A DNA stretch of 25,686 nucleotides from positions 1-25,686 of IMG/VR virus record IMGVR_UViG_3300008117_003610, one strand, 5' to 3'. The notes beneath the pieces were generated by a model. That model saw only the letters and a list, made by a program, of their open reading frames with translations. It was not told where the DNA came from and made no database searches. Positions within the stretch are counted from its first letter, which is position 1, and each line of letters starts with the position of its first letter. Shown one piece after another: positions 8,995 to 19,491 of the stretch. Made by a program: the position numbers and the translations under genes. The DNA is from a virus (lineage: Duplodnaviria > Caudoviricetes).

Positions 8995-11027
8995 TGGCAA
9001 AGCCACAGTATAAACTGCCAGACGCCGAGCAGAAGGCTCTGTCCATGGCGTCTAGTGCGCTCATGATGAAGGACGTTGATCCAGCACATGACGAGCACTA
9101 CAACATCCTCAAGGATGCGTACACAAAGAAGCAGATGCAGGAGCCTGAGCAGGCCCGACTACGATCAACATTCCGACGATACGACCACTTCTACTACCCG
9201 AATACGCTCACGCTCGGCGGTGCCGATCACTGGGCGGAGGACCCGTCAGCTCGCACTGCCGGGCGTGCTCACGTTTCTGTAAACGTACATCCAGCATATG
9301 TGAACATTCCTGCATCGCTTCAGGCAGTACCTCCAGTAATCAACTACGTACCAACGACGATGGACAAGGACGGACGAGCTCAGGCAGCCCGACGAGAGCG
9401 CTTGTACTTTGCTTGGGCAGAGGCGAACGAGATTGACGTGCGCCTTGAAGAGGCATGTCTGTACAAGAGCCTATACGGACACACCGCAGCTAAGGTTACG
9501 TGGGACCCAGTGGCGGGTCTGCCCAAGGTAACCATCATTGACACCCCAGAGAACCTGTACCTAGGGTACGGAGACTCGAACTACAACCGCATTGACTGGG
9601 CAATCTACAGCTACGGCCTTAGCCCGCAAGCTGCCATGGAAGATTTTGGTATTGAGATCGTTCCGGTGCAGCACGGAAACAAGTGGCACCCATACACCTA
9701 CCAGGCAAGCCACGACGATCCGCTGGCAAACGTGTACACCAAGGAATACAACCGAGACCCAAGCCGCATCAACACGGCCTACGACAACATGAAGATCACG
9801 GTGCTTGACTACTGGTACAAGCACCCCACGAAGCCTGGCAAGCCACCACTCGTGTGCAACGCCCTTATCGTGGGCAACACGATTGTGAAGGTATCCAAGC
9901 ACCCAGAGCTGGCTGGTGTCCTGCCTTACGTCACGCTACGCAACAGCATGATCCCTGGCAGCCCATACGGCAAGTCAGAGCTCTTTGACGTTGAGCAGCT
10001 TCTCCGTGAGAAGGACGAGCGCATCACGGCGCAGGCGCAGATGATCCAGTCTGTTGTCGGCGGCCAGATGTGGCAGCTCGTTGGAGGCGACGCTCCGGAC
10101 GAAGTTCCGGCAAATGCAATCCCGAAGCCTGGCCGCGTTGCGACGCCTGGCCCTGGCAACGAGTTGCGAGCTATTACACCATTCATTCCTCAGTTCCAAG
10201 TTGAGGATTATAACAAGCGCATTGACCGAGAAATCGCAGTGGTAACAGGTCTTAACGACCTCCTGCTGGGACTTGCTCCGTCAAGCGTTCTTGGCTCCAG
10301 CCGAGCAATTGCGTCTCTCGTGGCAAACTACGAGCAGCGCATCGCCCCTAAGCGCAAGCTTCTGTACTCGTGGATCAAGAAGGTCTGGGAGATGTCGGCT
10401 CGTATGTGGGAGGCCAAGGACAAGGCCATCAGCGAGATCATTGGTGGCGAGTACCGACTTGAGATTACACCACCAGAGCTTACTCCACGAGATACACTTG
10501 AGCTTGCGCAGACTGCCCTCAACCTTGTTCAGGGTCGAATCTGGAGCGCAGAGCGTGCAATGGACCGTGTCGGCGTGGAAGACCCAGAGGGCGAGAAGGA
10601 CGTCATCCGCGACGAGCAGACAGACGCTACACTCAACCCAGCTGCGGTTCTCACGATGGGTCAGCTCATGATGATGTTCCAGCAGCTACAGGCGCAACAG
10701 GCTCAGATGCAGCAGCAACAGGCCATGATGCAGCAGCAGATGGGCGCCCAAGGTCAGCCACAGCCTGGCCAGGGAGTTCCTCCTGGAATCCAAGAGCAAC
10801 TACAGGCGCAGCAGGCATCTGCTGAGAATGCGTTCCGTCAGGTAGGCCAGCCGCAAGGCACTGAGATGATGAATGGCGGCGAGATGGGCTCAGTCCCACC
10901 TGAGATGCTGCCGGAGAACGCACAGCCAGGCGCCGAGCCACAAGAGGGCGTTGGCCAACCTGGTGACCTAGGGGCGCAGATCGCGGCTCTACGACAAAAC
11001 AAGACAATCAATCGCCTAGCAAGATAA
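8994..11027 (+). CDS. Portal protein with Gln/Pro/Gly-rich C-terminal extension
   Basis: Directly follows terL, 677 aa. Portal-like segments (LYGHTAAKVTWD, LPYVTLRNSMIPGSPYGKSELFDVEQL, IAVVTGLNDLLLG). Poly-Q tail as often seen in podovirus-type portals. Confidence 0.85.
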   Translation: MAKPQYKLPDAEQKALSMASSALMMKDVDPAHDEHYNILKDAYTKKQMQEPEQARLRSTFRRYDHFYYPNTLTLGGADHWAEDPSARTAGRAHVSVNVHPAYVNIPASLQAVPPVINYVPTTMDKDGRAQAARRERLYFAWAEANEIDVRLEEACLYKSLYGHTAAKVTWDPVAGLPKVTIIDTPENLYLGYGDSNYNRIDWAIYSYGLSPQAAMEDFGIEIVPVQHGNKWHPYTYQASHDDPLANVYTKEYNRDPSRINTAYDNMKITVLDYWYKHPTKPGKPPLVCNALIVGNTIVKVSKHPELAGVLPYVTLRNSMIPGSPYGKSELFDVEQLLREKDERITAQAQMIQSVVGGQMWQLVGGDAPDEVPANAIPKPGRVATPGPGNELRAITPFIPQFQVEDYNKRIDREIAVVTGLNDLLLGLAPSSVLGSSRAIASLVANYEQRIAPKRKLLYSWIKKVWEMSARMWEAKDKAISEIIGGEYRLEITPPELTPRDTLELAQTALNLVQGRIWSAERAMDRVGVEDPEGEKDVIRDEQTDATLNPAAVLTMGQLMMMFQQLQAQQAQMQQQQAMMQQQMGAQGQPQPGQGVPPGIQEQLQAQQASAENAFRQVGQPQGTEMMNGGEMGSVPPEMLPENAQPGAEPQEGVGQPGDLGAQIAALRQNKTINRLAR

Positions 11028-11039
11028 CGGAGGACCATA

Positions 11040-13889
11040 ATGGCACGACGAGGTAGGTTCGGACGTTCGGCATCAGGTTCACAGAACCTGTCGTCGCTTG
11101 TCTATTCTCTGCTAAAGGAAGAGCGCAACAACCAAGAAAGCACGATGCTGACTGCGTATAAGAACAATATGATGTCAGGAAGCGCAGCTGGTCTGTTTAC
11201 CTCAGACGGTAGCACCCGTCCTGCCACTGCGGCTAACCTTGTGGAGTGGTACCGAGCTCAGGCTGCGGCAGCCGAATCGGTCGGCGACTCTGCTGGCGCT
11301 GAAAGATTCCGAACGCAAGCCGAAGAGTTCCGTATCCAATCTCTACGGGACATTGAGACCGTTCTTGATAACGCATACAAGGCAGGCAATTCGATTGACC
11401 TTTCCCTAATCGGTGGTTCTGGTTCCGCTAAGATTGACGGGGCAACCTACGAGAAGTGGATGAACACGATTCTCAGCGATTCTTCAATGACTGCATCTGA
11501 CAGGGAGCGCCTGCAGAGCAAGCTCTTTACTGTTTCCTACAACTACGCTGCAGAGAACATGGTAAACGGATTCAATGAGAAGAAGTTTACTGCGAACCAA
11601 CTGGTTAAGTTCTACGACGCCGAACTTGAGCGAGCTCGCAACGCTGGATTGACGCAAACAAGCCAGACGTACAGAGACATTGTCTCGGCACGCGCCGCGG
11701 CGGTTCAGCGCGCAGCAAACGATGCGCAGGCTGCACGGGTTGATACGGTTGAGAAGGGCATTCGCGACGAGACCGACGCCATGGCCGGGGCAATCCAGAG
11801 GTTGATTAAGCCGATCCTGAAGGACTATGTCTCCGCCCCAGACGTCGTAGAAGCCCTGCTCAAGGATATCGGCAAGGGCAATGGTGACGACTGGCTCACT
11901 AGGTTCTCAAATGTTGTCCAGGCTTCAGGTCTTGACTACACTCAACTATTTGATGCAGGCGCAGGGGCTAACGGACTTTCCGTTGAAGACATGCGTTCTA
12001 TTGCGCAAATCTTCGGCGATCTCTCAACTGAGCTTGAAGGTCTTAAGAGGCAGGGCTATGCAGCAGAACTCGGCAAGTGGATTCCTTTTGCTGACGAAAT
12101 GTCAACAAAGTACACAAATGGAGCATTTGCCGCCTCAACTCGACCATTTGTGACATCATTTAATGGTACGTACGCCAATGCAGGAGGCAGCATCGGGGTT
12201 CAGTTTTCTGGCGAGCCAGCGGCAACTAGAAGCGCTCTTCAGGAACTGACTGGAAGCATCGCTGGGGCGGGGTACGAGCAGAATGTCACTGACAGCTCAA
12301 CTGTTGGACAAGTTGGCCTATTTGGTCAAGGGTTTATTACCGGGCTCATCCCAAGCAAGCCTGAGATTAAGACAGTCGGCGATCTTGTTGATTACTTGTC
12401 TAAGAACGGTGCTACTGCGGGCATGGACAAGACAGACATTGCAAATGGTATTGGCGAGTGGCTGTTTGTCATGAAGAACAACCCAAACGCAGCCACTGCA
12501 GGTGCAATCCCAAACGAACTATATAACCTAGGGATTGCAACGACTATGACCATGCTGGACAACGCTATCGGCGGAGCTGGCGGCCTAACGACGGGCGATG
12601 TTCTAAGGCTGCACATTGAGTCAACTTACATCCCTCAGTCTATTAGGGAAACTGTTGACCCTAACGGTAATCCTACCAGGGCTATGGCATACAAGATGGA
12701 CCCTAAGTCCGGTGAGTTCTCCTTCAAGGTGATTCCAAGCGCTAACGTAAGCAGCAAGGACTACGTTATCTCAACTGGCGCTGATGGGGAAATCTTCTAC
12801 ACGCAGTCAATCCCATACAAGGGAGCTGACGGGAACAGTATCCCAATCAGGTTTGTGCCTGTCCCGGGTGGCGGAAATTACGCCGGCGGGAATGACGCGA
12901 ACGACCTAATCGTTATTGACTTTACCGGAGGCTACGGGTCTCCTTACGCCTTTACCGCGGCGCAAATTGAAAGCTTCACTAGCTGGTACTCTTCGCAGCA
13001 AGGATCTACTGGCGGGGATTTCTCTGGGTTTAGGCTTGAGCCAGACGCAGCGAACCCTGGCCTAATGAACTTTACTGCTGGGGCAGATCTGCTAAGGGCG
13101 CTAACAGCAAGTGGTTTCTTCGGCGGAAGGGCCATTAATGATTGGATGAACGCTGCAAATATTAACCCAAGCGATGTTTCCGTTACGAGCATCAACGGCA
13201 CCCTTATTGTCGGGGATAACTTTATTGATGATTACAGAATGGAAATCTTCACCGCAGGGGTACAGGGCACAGACGCAAGAACCGCAGTTGCTAACTGGCT
13301 GAGGACTTCTAAGGGCATTACAGATCCGGGTGGGAAAATCATTAACATGATTCTATCCGGCATGTACCTAACTGCAGAGCAGGGAGATGGCGGTCTCACC
13401 TGGAAGATCTTCAAGGATGGCCAGCAGTGGACCAACAGCACCGATAACACCCAGGATAAACTACCGCCAGCTCCTGAGGGCACAAAGCCAGACCCTAACG
13501 CAGTCGTCTCAAGCGACCCACAGTTTGGGTGGGGCGGTAATCCACAGACTCCGAAGCCTGAACCGATTGGAATGGGCGGTACGGCCGGAGTCAGGGGCAC
13601 TCAGACCAGCAGGTTTATTCCCCCATCTGATCTTATGGATTACACATTTAGGAACATGGCGCCTTCGATCACTCCAGTTGAGCCAGTAACTCCACCGCCT
13701 GGAGGCGCAGCTCCGATTATCGGGCCTGGGCTTAAGCCAGACGGCCCAGAGGTAACCGCACCGGCAGTATCTCCTGGCACTGCACCAGGCGCAGGAACTC
13801 CAGCGCCAAGCATGCGCCCGTTGGCACAGCCAGGCCAGCCAATGCGCAGGGAACTTGGCCCAAATAGGACAGCAATGAGGAGCTTGTAA
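11040..13889 (+). CDS. Large virion protein of unknown function (putative internal/ejection protein)
   Basis: 949 aa with a GGAGG SD. Basic N-terminus (MARRGRFGR), helical N-half, Gly/Asn-rich middle, Pro-rich C-tail. No catalytic motif recognised. Confidence 0.5.
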   Translation: MARRGRFGRSASGSQNLSSLVYSLLKEERNNQESTMLTAYKNNMMSGSAAGLFTSDGSTRPATAANLVEWYRAQAAAAESVGDSAGAERFRTQAEEFRIQSLRDIETVLDNAYKAGNSIDLSLIGGSGSAKIDGATYEKWMNTILSDSSMTASDRERLQSKLFTVSYNYAAENMVNGFNEKKFTANQLVKFYDAELERARNAGLTQTSQTYRDIVSARAAAVQRAANDAQAARVDTVEKGIRDETDAMAGAIQRLIKPILKDYVSAPDVVEALLKDIGKGNGDDWLTRFSNVVQASGLDYTQLFDAGAGANGLSVEDMRSIAQIFGDLSTELEGLKRQGYAAELGKWIPFADEMSTKYTNGAFAASTRPFVTSFNGTYANAGGSIGVQFSGEPAATRSALQELTGSIAGAGYEQNVTDSSTVGQVGLFGQGFITGLIPSKPEIKTVGDLVDYLSKNGATAGMDKTDIANGIGEWLFVMKNNPNAATAGAIPNELYNLGIATTMTMLDNAIGGAGGLTTGDVLRLHIESTYIPQSIRETVDPNGNPTRAMAYKMDPKSGEFSFKVIPSANVSSKDYVISTGADGEIFYTQSIPYKGADGNSIPIRFVPVPGGGNYAGGNDANDLIVIDFTGGYGSPYAFTAAQIESFTSWYSSQQGSTGGDFSGFRLEPDAANPGLMNFTAGADLLRALTASGFFGGRAINDWMNAANINPSDVSVTSINGTLIVGDNFIDDYRMEIFTAGVQGTDARTAVANWLRTSKGITDPGGKIINMILSGMYLTAEQGDGGLTWKIFKDGQQWTNSTDNTQDKLPPAPEGTKPDPNAVVSSDPQFGWGGNPQTPKPEPIGMGGTAGVRGTQTSRFIPPSDLMDYTFRNMAPSITPVEPVTPPPGGAAPIIGPGLKPDGPEVTAPAVSPGTAPGAGTPAPSMRPLAQPGQPMRRELGPNRTAMRSL

Positions 13890-16800
13890 TGGCTAAAATT
13901 GGCGGCAGCATTGTAGACCCAACGCCACCGTACGATACCAGCTCAGATAGCGGCAGGGGGATTAGGTCAAGAGAACTAAACGTCACCCTGACTCCTGAGT
14001 ACGGTATTGATACCGGCCGACTACTTGATGTACCTAGCGCTCTGTCTAGCGGCGGTGATTCCAGTAACCCATTGGACTACGCAGCTTCTTTGCCGTTCCG
14101 CGGCCTAGGAGTTGCCGGTGAGGCTCTTGGCGCCGGAATCAAGGTCGGCGCTGATGTTGTCGGGGCAAGCCCAATCGGGTTTGTCGCAAGCCAAAGGATC
14201 GGCGATGGGACTGTTGGAGACGTAGTTGGGAACATTGGCAAGGTGTTCCTTGATATTCTCGCCAAGCCTGGCGAAATGGTTCAGGACTTTGGTGCAATGC
14301 TGCGAGTCAAGACCGCAAATGGCACTTTGCCGCCAGATATCCAGGCCATGGTTGACAGTGGCGCCTCAGAGGAAAGCATTATTAAATATATGCGAGAGAC
14401 TGGGCGTTCTCTTGCAAACGACAGGACGGTAAACCTTGGTCTGTCCCTTCTTCTTGACCCGCTAAACCTTACACCATTTGCCCTTGGTAAGGTCAACCTG
14501 CTCAGGGGCCTTGGCAAGCTAGGAACAGTAGGCGCAGGAATTGGAATCGGTAGCGCACTCGGACCAGTCGGCGGAGTAGTTGGCGGTCTAGCTGGTTACG
14601 CTGCAGGAGGGCGCGTAGGCCAAAAGCTTGCCCAGATTGGCTGGAAAGCTGGAGCAAAGACTATTTCAAAGGAAAGCGGCCTTGAACTCAGCGCCAAAGC
14701 TAGGTCAATCCAGGCGTTTGAAGCTGCAGGACAAGCCATCCCTGCAGACCTAAACAAAGGTCAGTACCTCATTTACAACGAAATTGACAAGGCCATCTTC
14801 CGTCCTATGCGCAATGTCGCTGAAGGAGTTAAGGAAGGCCTAAAGCTAAAGACTGGCCAACTTCTCCTTAGGGCGTACAGCGCCAATGTCATTGACGACT
14901 TCCACAATGCTGCTAGCCAGGCGTTTGGCCCTGATGCTGCCAAGCTAGGTTTGCGCAGGTTCGCGATTGCAAAGACAAACTCTGTAATCCAGTCTGTGTC
15001 TCGGTCTAGGGTTGGAGAGGTCGAAGCTTCAGTGGACAACGTTGTTGAGAACCTTGACGCCGACCTAAATAAGGCGCTTCAAGACTACGTTGACGCTAGG
15101 TACAAAAACGCCCCAGACAGCACATTTGACAGGCTGACATCTTCATCAGGTGACCAGATCAGCTTCCCTGGTACGACTGATTATGTCATGACTAAGCTTG
15201 CCGACGAAGCGGGCGAGGCTGGGCTTGAAGGCAGATACGGCATGAGCCGAGAAGAAATTACCGCCTACATGCAGGACGCTGCTCCTGGATACGGCCCGCG
15301 AACAGACCCTGGAACTGGCTTGCGAATTGTTGACGAAACGACGACTCGACAGGCAGCTAAGAATCGCCTACGCAACAGGCTTCTACAGGCTCGGATGGAT
15401 ACAGAGCTTGCGGGGTATGATCCAGTCAAGGACGCAGTGCGAGCCGCCTCCACTAACATGGATATGATTGACAACGGCCTTCTGGATGAGATTGCCCTTG
15501 AAGTCAAGAAGGAAACAGAGTACGTAGGCATTGCTGGGCCAGTCAAGGGGGCAACGTCTCAGGCGGCAGCCAAGCGTGCGTACATGTACGCAGAGCGGCT
15601 TGCCACAGAGCTGGCTAACGCTTCATCGGATGACATCTCGCGAGTTGCAGGAAGGCAGCCAGCAACACCAGCTCAGATTCAGGCGATTGCAGAAAACTTC
15701 TTTGGTGGGGCAAGGGTTGAGGGGAATAAGCTCGTCGGAGGAAAATACTTTGACGACGCCGGGACACTGTCCTCTGCTGCCAACATTTCTCGTCAGCTAT
15801 CGCAGAGGTTTGCATTTGCACGGTCCACAACTTACGGATTCAACATCAACCGAATGGGCAACGTCCGGCGCGTTCTTCACGTAGCGTCTCTTTTTGAGAA
15901 GGCGACCCTTCGCGAGAAAGACATTTACGCAAAGGAGATGAGCAAGGCACTTGGGAAGCCAGTGACTGTCCGAGAACTGGAGCAGATGCTTCCAAGGCTT
16001 AAGGAACTTGGCGACCCGTCAACGTACGCCCGCCCAACGTTTGTAAAGACAACCAGTCTTATTGACACCAAGGTAGAGCAGTGGATCGCCATGTTTGACA
16101 ACCTTGGCCAAGAGGGAGGCCTAGTTGCTAGCCAGTACCCTGACGTTTCCCAATCAGTCATTGCTCAGATCAATAGGGCTATGGCCAAGGGCGGTTCAGC
16201 CTCTGCCGCTGAAGCCAAGAGGATTTGGGCGACACAGGCCGCTGGGGCATTTGAAGACGTCGCTGCGCACCACCCAGGGTACAAGTTGTCATCTGGCTCG
16301 GTATCTGCCCAGCAGGTTAAGGACTTCCTGACCGCTGCCAAGAACTCAAGCGCCACCACTGCTCGAGCAACACCTAAAGAGCTTGCTGCGATCAGGGAAG
16401 CTTGGCGTGTGCTTACTGGCAACTCAGATGAGATTGACGGCATTATTGCAGCAGCTAAGCGCGACGGGTACGAGCTTGGCATTGCGCCAGCAGACAACGT
16501 TATCCGAGAGCCTAGATTGATTGCTACTGTTGAGAAGCAGGGTCTTGCTGTGCCAGAAGTGGCCACGATTGACCGTCCGTTTATTGATATCACCTCAGAA
16601 TTTGTTGACGGATTGCCAGACTTTGCTAACCGTCAATCGTACAAGGTTGGCGGTATTCGCGGGGCAATCCAGTCAATGCTGGCGCCAGTTCCGCAATCTC
16701 TGGTATCGTCATCTGCTGCCCAGAGGCTGCAACTTCTCCTACGAAACAGGTTCACGGTTGACGAGATTGATGAGTTTAACCGAAGAATTGTGACTAGGTC

Positions 16801-18889
16801 TGTTGAGAGCCGCGTTGGCACTAGAGGGCTGTCGCAAGACACTCTTGAGGATATCATGGGCGGCATTCTTCAGGAGAAGACAGGCGCAGCTTCTGTGAAG
16901 GCTGCATGGACAGAGCGTATCCAGGCCCTTGAGAAAGCCGGTATTAAGCGTCCAGACATTCAGGGTGACGTAATCAAGGCCTTCAAAGGTGAGTACGATA
17001 TTTCTGGGTATTCTCAGTGGATCAGCGGGTCCATGAAGACCGCTCCAGGTATCGGGAAATTCTTGGCTCAAGTCTCGGAGAATCTATACCCTACGCTAAA
17101 GTATAAAGTAAACCCAATGTTCTTTGCGCAGGAGTTGGTTGAGTCTCCATTCTACGCAGAGTTGCGAGGAATGAACCGGGCAGACATGGAGGCTAAGCTA
17201 AAGGCCGCCAATATTGACCCGCGAGAGATTCGCCAGATGTTTGGAGAGCGAGCTGCTGCCCAGGCTATGCAGCTACACGAGCAGGCGTTCTTCTCGTTCA
17301 CTGCAAGATCCCGAGGGGCGGCTGACTCGGCCCTAAAGGAAGGGCTTACAGTCAGGAACATTATCTCAGAAGATGGTATAATTGCAAAGGGATGGGACTT
17401 TACCGCAAACTTTAAGGAGCAATACCGAGACCTGATGGCGGCTGCCGATCTGGCTCCCAAGTTCCAGCAGTTTGTGCAGAAGAATATGCCACACGAGTAC
17501 ACGGCTCTTCATGCAAAGTATGGCCCAGACGCCTTTGATCAGCTGGTTGGTTGGGCAACAGACTACAAGCGCATGCAGAATGCAAAGTTTGGTGGGTCGG
17601 CAGTAAACACGATGAAAGCTCCAGGATTTGGCTTTGCCGTGAACCCATCCGCCACACAGTTGGCTGTTATTTTGAATGACGTTAGGGATGTCCTTCCGAT
17701 GCACACTGCGGACAAGTTCGGAGCCCTTGTTCAGGGCGGAGCTCGACCGCGCATCATCACGAGCACATTCCGCGCCAAGTTCATCAACGCAGCACAAGAT
17801 GCTGGGTATGACGTGTCTTCAGCCCGTACGGCACTTGACCAACTTGACAACATTGCTCAGAGGTACGCACTTGAGCTCAATCGCGTTGGGCCGAACCTAG
17901 ACTTCCTTCGCAAGGAGTATGATAGTGCCCTAAACACATTTGGAGTTGAGATGCGAGGTCTCACTGCGCAGCTGCAGCTAGCCGACGTTCAGAAGGTTAT
18001 CGTGCAGGAGCTGATGGACGCGTATATCCCAGGGTTCTCATCAACTCCAGACGCCAGCAAGATTGTTGAGGCCATTGCAAACGCAAGAAAGTACGGAGCA
18101 AAGTTTGCTACGATGGGCAACCTAATTGAGCAAATCCGACTTGACTCTGGAGACATCTCAACCCTTGGAGCAGGCGCTCGCGAAACGATCCGAGAGACAG
18201 TAAAGCGATACGCAAACTTTGGTGGTGAACGCGGACAAGTTGTACGATCCACGCAAGACATTCTCACCGACACAACTAGCAACTTGCTTAGGGACCACGC
18301 CGGAGAACAGGCTATGTTTGAAGCAGCAAAGTGGTCATACGCCAAATCTGTTGATGAGATGAACAACGTAAACTACTTCAAAAGCAACCGGTCGTGGTTT
18401 GAGCGGAGCATCAATCATCCGTTCCTTGGCCTGTACCCGTTCTCGTACATGTTCGGAAAGGCTCTCCCAGAGCTTGCTCGGTTCATGTTCTACAAGCCGT
18501 TCGGCATGACCGCGCCCGGCGCTGGCTACGTCGCATATCGCAAGATCTCTGAGTATCTTTCTTACAACGGGTTGCCACCCGGGTGGGAAGTTACACAGGA
18601 GAAGCCAGACTGGCAGTTCCTCCTAACGCAGTTAATCCCTGCCGTTCCTGAGGACATGACCGTGGTTACGCCGAAGTGGTTCCGATCTGCGGTCTCAACG
18701 ATCTCGCGCCAAGGCTACGACCAGTACAAGGCAACAGACCTTCTTGGTAATGCTACGGACTGGGTTGGAAGCACTGGCCTTGGAGGGTTCTTACAGCTTG
18801 CGGCTAAGTCCGGAGGAGAGCTAACTAGTGGGGCAGCTGACTTCCTAACTGGCAAGTTTAATACCGACGTAGGTACATTCAGAAAATAA
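13889..18889 (+). CDS. Very large virion protein (putative internal/ejection protein)
   Basis: 1666 aa, Ala-rich and helical. N-terminal LLLDPLNLTP and Gly-zipper LGTVGAGIGIGSALGPVGGVVGGLAGYAAGG; aromatic C-terminal segment NHPFLGLYPFSYMF. The layout resembles large podovirus ejection proteins. TAATG coupling with the previous gene. Confidence 0.55.
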   Translation: MAKIGGSIVDPTPPYDTSSDSGRGIRSRELNVTLTPEYGIDTGRLLDVPSALSSGGDSSNPLDYAASLPFRGLGVAGEALGAGIKVGADVVGASPIGFVASQRIGDGTVGDVVGNIGKVFLDILAKPGEMVQDFGAMLRVKTANGTLPPDIQAMVDSGASEESIIKYMRETGRSLANDRTVNLGLSLLLDPLNLTPFALGKVNLLRGLGKLGTVGAGIGIGSALGPVGGVVGGLAGYAAGGRVGQKLAQIGWKAGAKTISKESGLELSAKARSIQAFEAAGQAIPADLNKGQYLIYNEIDKAIFRPMRNVAEGVKEGLKLKTGQLLLRAYSANVIDDFHNAASQAFGPDAAKLGLRRFAIAKTNSVIQSVSRSRVGEVEASVDNVVENLDADLNKALQDYVDARYKNAPDSTFDRLTSSSGDQISFPGTTDYVMTKLADEAGEAGLEGRYGMSREEITAYMQDAAPGYGPRTDPGTGLRIVDETTTRQAAKNRLRNRLLQARMDTELAGYDPVKDAVRAASTNMDMIDNGLLDEIALEVKKETEYVGIAGPVKGATSQAAAKRAYMYAERLATELANASSDDISRVAGRQPATPAQIQAIAENFFGGARVEGNKLVGGKYFDDAGTLSSAANISRQLSQRFAFARSTTYGFNINRMGNVRRVLHVASLFEKATLREKDIYAKEMSKALGKPVTVRELEQMLPRLKELGDPSTYARPTFVKTTSLIDTKVEQWIAMFDNLGQEGGLVASQYPDVSQSVIAQINRAMAKGGSASAAEAKRIWATQAAGAFEDVAAHHPGYKLSSGSVSAQQVKDFLTAAKNSSATTARATPKELAAIREAWRVLTGNSDEIDGIIAAAKRDGYELGIAPADNVIREPRLIATVEKQGLAVPEVATIDRPFIDITSEFVDGLPDFANRQSYKVGGIRGAIQSMLAPVPQSLVSSSAAQRLQLLLRNRFTVDEIDEFNRRIVTRSVESRVGTRGLSQDTLEDIMGGILQEKTGAASVKAAWTERIQALEKAGIKRPDIQGDVIKAFKGEYDISGYSQWISGSMKTAPGIGKFLAQVSENLYPTLKYKVNPMFFAQELVESPFYAELRGMNRADMEAKLKAANIDPREIRQMFGERAAAQAMQLHEQAFFSFTARSRGAADSALKEGLTVRNIISEDGIIAKGWDFTANFKEQYRDLMAAADLAPKFQQFVQKNMPHEYTALHAKYGPDAFDQLVGWATDYKRMQNAKFGGSAVNTMKAPGFGFAVNPSATQLAVILNDVRDVLPMHTADKFGALVQGGARPRIITSTFRAKFINAAQDAGYDVSSARTALDQLDNIAQRYALELNRVGPNLDFLRKEYDSALNTFGVEMRGLTAQLQLADVQKVIVQELMDAYIPGFSSTPDASKIVEAIANARKYGAKFATMGNLIEQIRLDSGDISTLGAGARETIRETVKRYANFGGERGQVVRSTQDILTDTTSNLLRDHAGEQAMFEAAKWSYAKSVDEMNNVNYFKSNRSWFERSINHPFLGLYPFSYMFGKALPELARFMFYKPFGMTAPGAGYVAYRKISEYLSYNGLPPGWEVTQEKPDWQFLLTQLIPAVPEDMTVVTPKWFRSAVSTISRQGYDQYKATDLLGNATDWVGSTGLGGFLQLAAKSGGELTSGAADFLTGKFNTDVGTFRK

Positions 18890-18891
18890 CA

Positions 18892-18912
18892 CAGGCCAGA
18901 AGTACTGGTCTG
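18892..18912 (+). other. Intergenic hairpin CAGGCCAG-AAGTA-CTGGTCTG upstream of the scaffold gene
   Basis: 8-bp stem (one G:U) with a 5-nt loop and no U-tract, between stop 18889 and the SD AAGGAG preceding ATG 18938. Confidence 0.4.
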
Positions 18913-18937
18913 GGGATAGTTAAGAAAGGAGCCAGAG

Positions 18938-19477
18938 ATGGCAGACCTTGAAGTCGCGGCAGAGCAGCCGCTTGAGTCGCAGCAGGAGGCCGTAAATCCT
19001 TCAGCAGCCACTGAAGCGGAGGATGATGTCGCCACTTGGAAGCGTCGTCTCTCAGGAAAGGACCAGGCCCTCACTGCAGCCCAGAAAGCAGCAGAAGAGT
19101 TTAAGTCCAAGTACGAAGAGCTCGCACAGTGGAAGGCCGCCCAAGAGGAGGCGTCCCTGTCGGAGTTTGAGAAGGCAGCACGCAAGATCAAGCAGCTCGA
19201 GGATGAGCTGAAGGCAACGGAAACGCGGTACGAGACGGAAAAGTTGAAAGCCAACTACCCGCAGTACTACGAATTCCAGGAGAAGGTGCGTAACCTCTCT
19301 GAGGCACAGCGTGCTGCGGAGTTTGAGAACTTCGTTAAGTCACAGCTTGGTGGGAACGCTCCCACAGAAATCAGCGACGCAAACGCTCCAAAGCGTGACG
19401 TCGTCAAGGATAAACCAATGAAGCCAGAGGATATCAAGGACGCAATTCGCGCTCTTGGGAACCCCTGGGCAGAGTAA
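18938..19477 (+). CDS. Capsid scaffolding protein
   Basis: 179 aa directly before the major capsid gene. Acidic N-terminus, long coiled coil, strong SD. Confidence 0.8.
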   Translation: MADLEVAAEQPLESQQEAVNPSAATEAEDDVATWKRRLSGKDQALTAAQKAAEEFKSKYEELAQWKAAQEEASLSEFEKAARKIKQLEDELKATETRYETEKLKANYPQYYEFQEKVRNLSEAQRAAEFENFVKSQLGGNAPTEISDANAPKRDVVKDKPMKPEDIKDAIRALGNPWAE

Positions 19478-19491
19478 GAGGAGGTAGCTAA

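Noticed and set aside
10666-10830. CAG-rich stretch in the portal 3' end as a separate repeat element
   Set aside because: It simply encodes the Gln-rich disordered portal tail, which is common in such portals.
11040-18889. Virion RNA polymerase (N4- or crAss-like) as the identity of the giant ORFs
   Set aside because: No DxDGD or single-subunit polymerase motifs were recognised by eye. A structural search is needed to exclude it fully.
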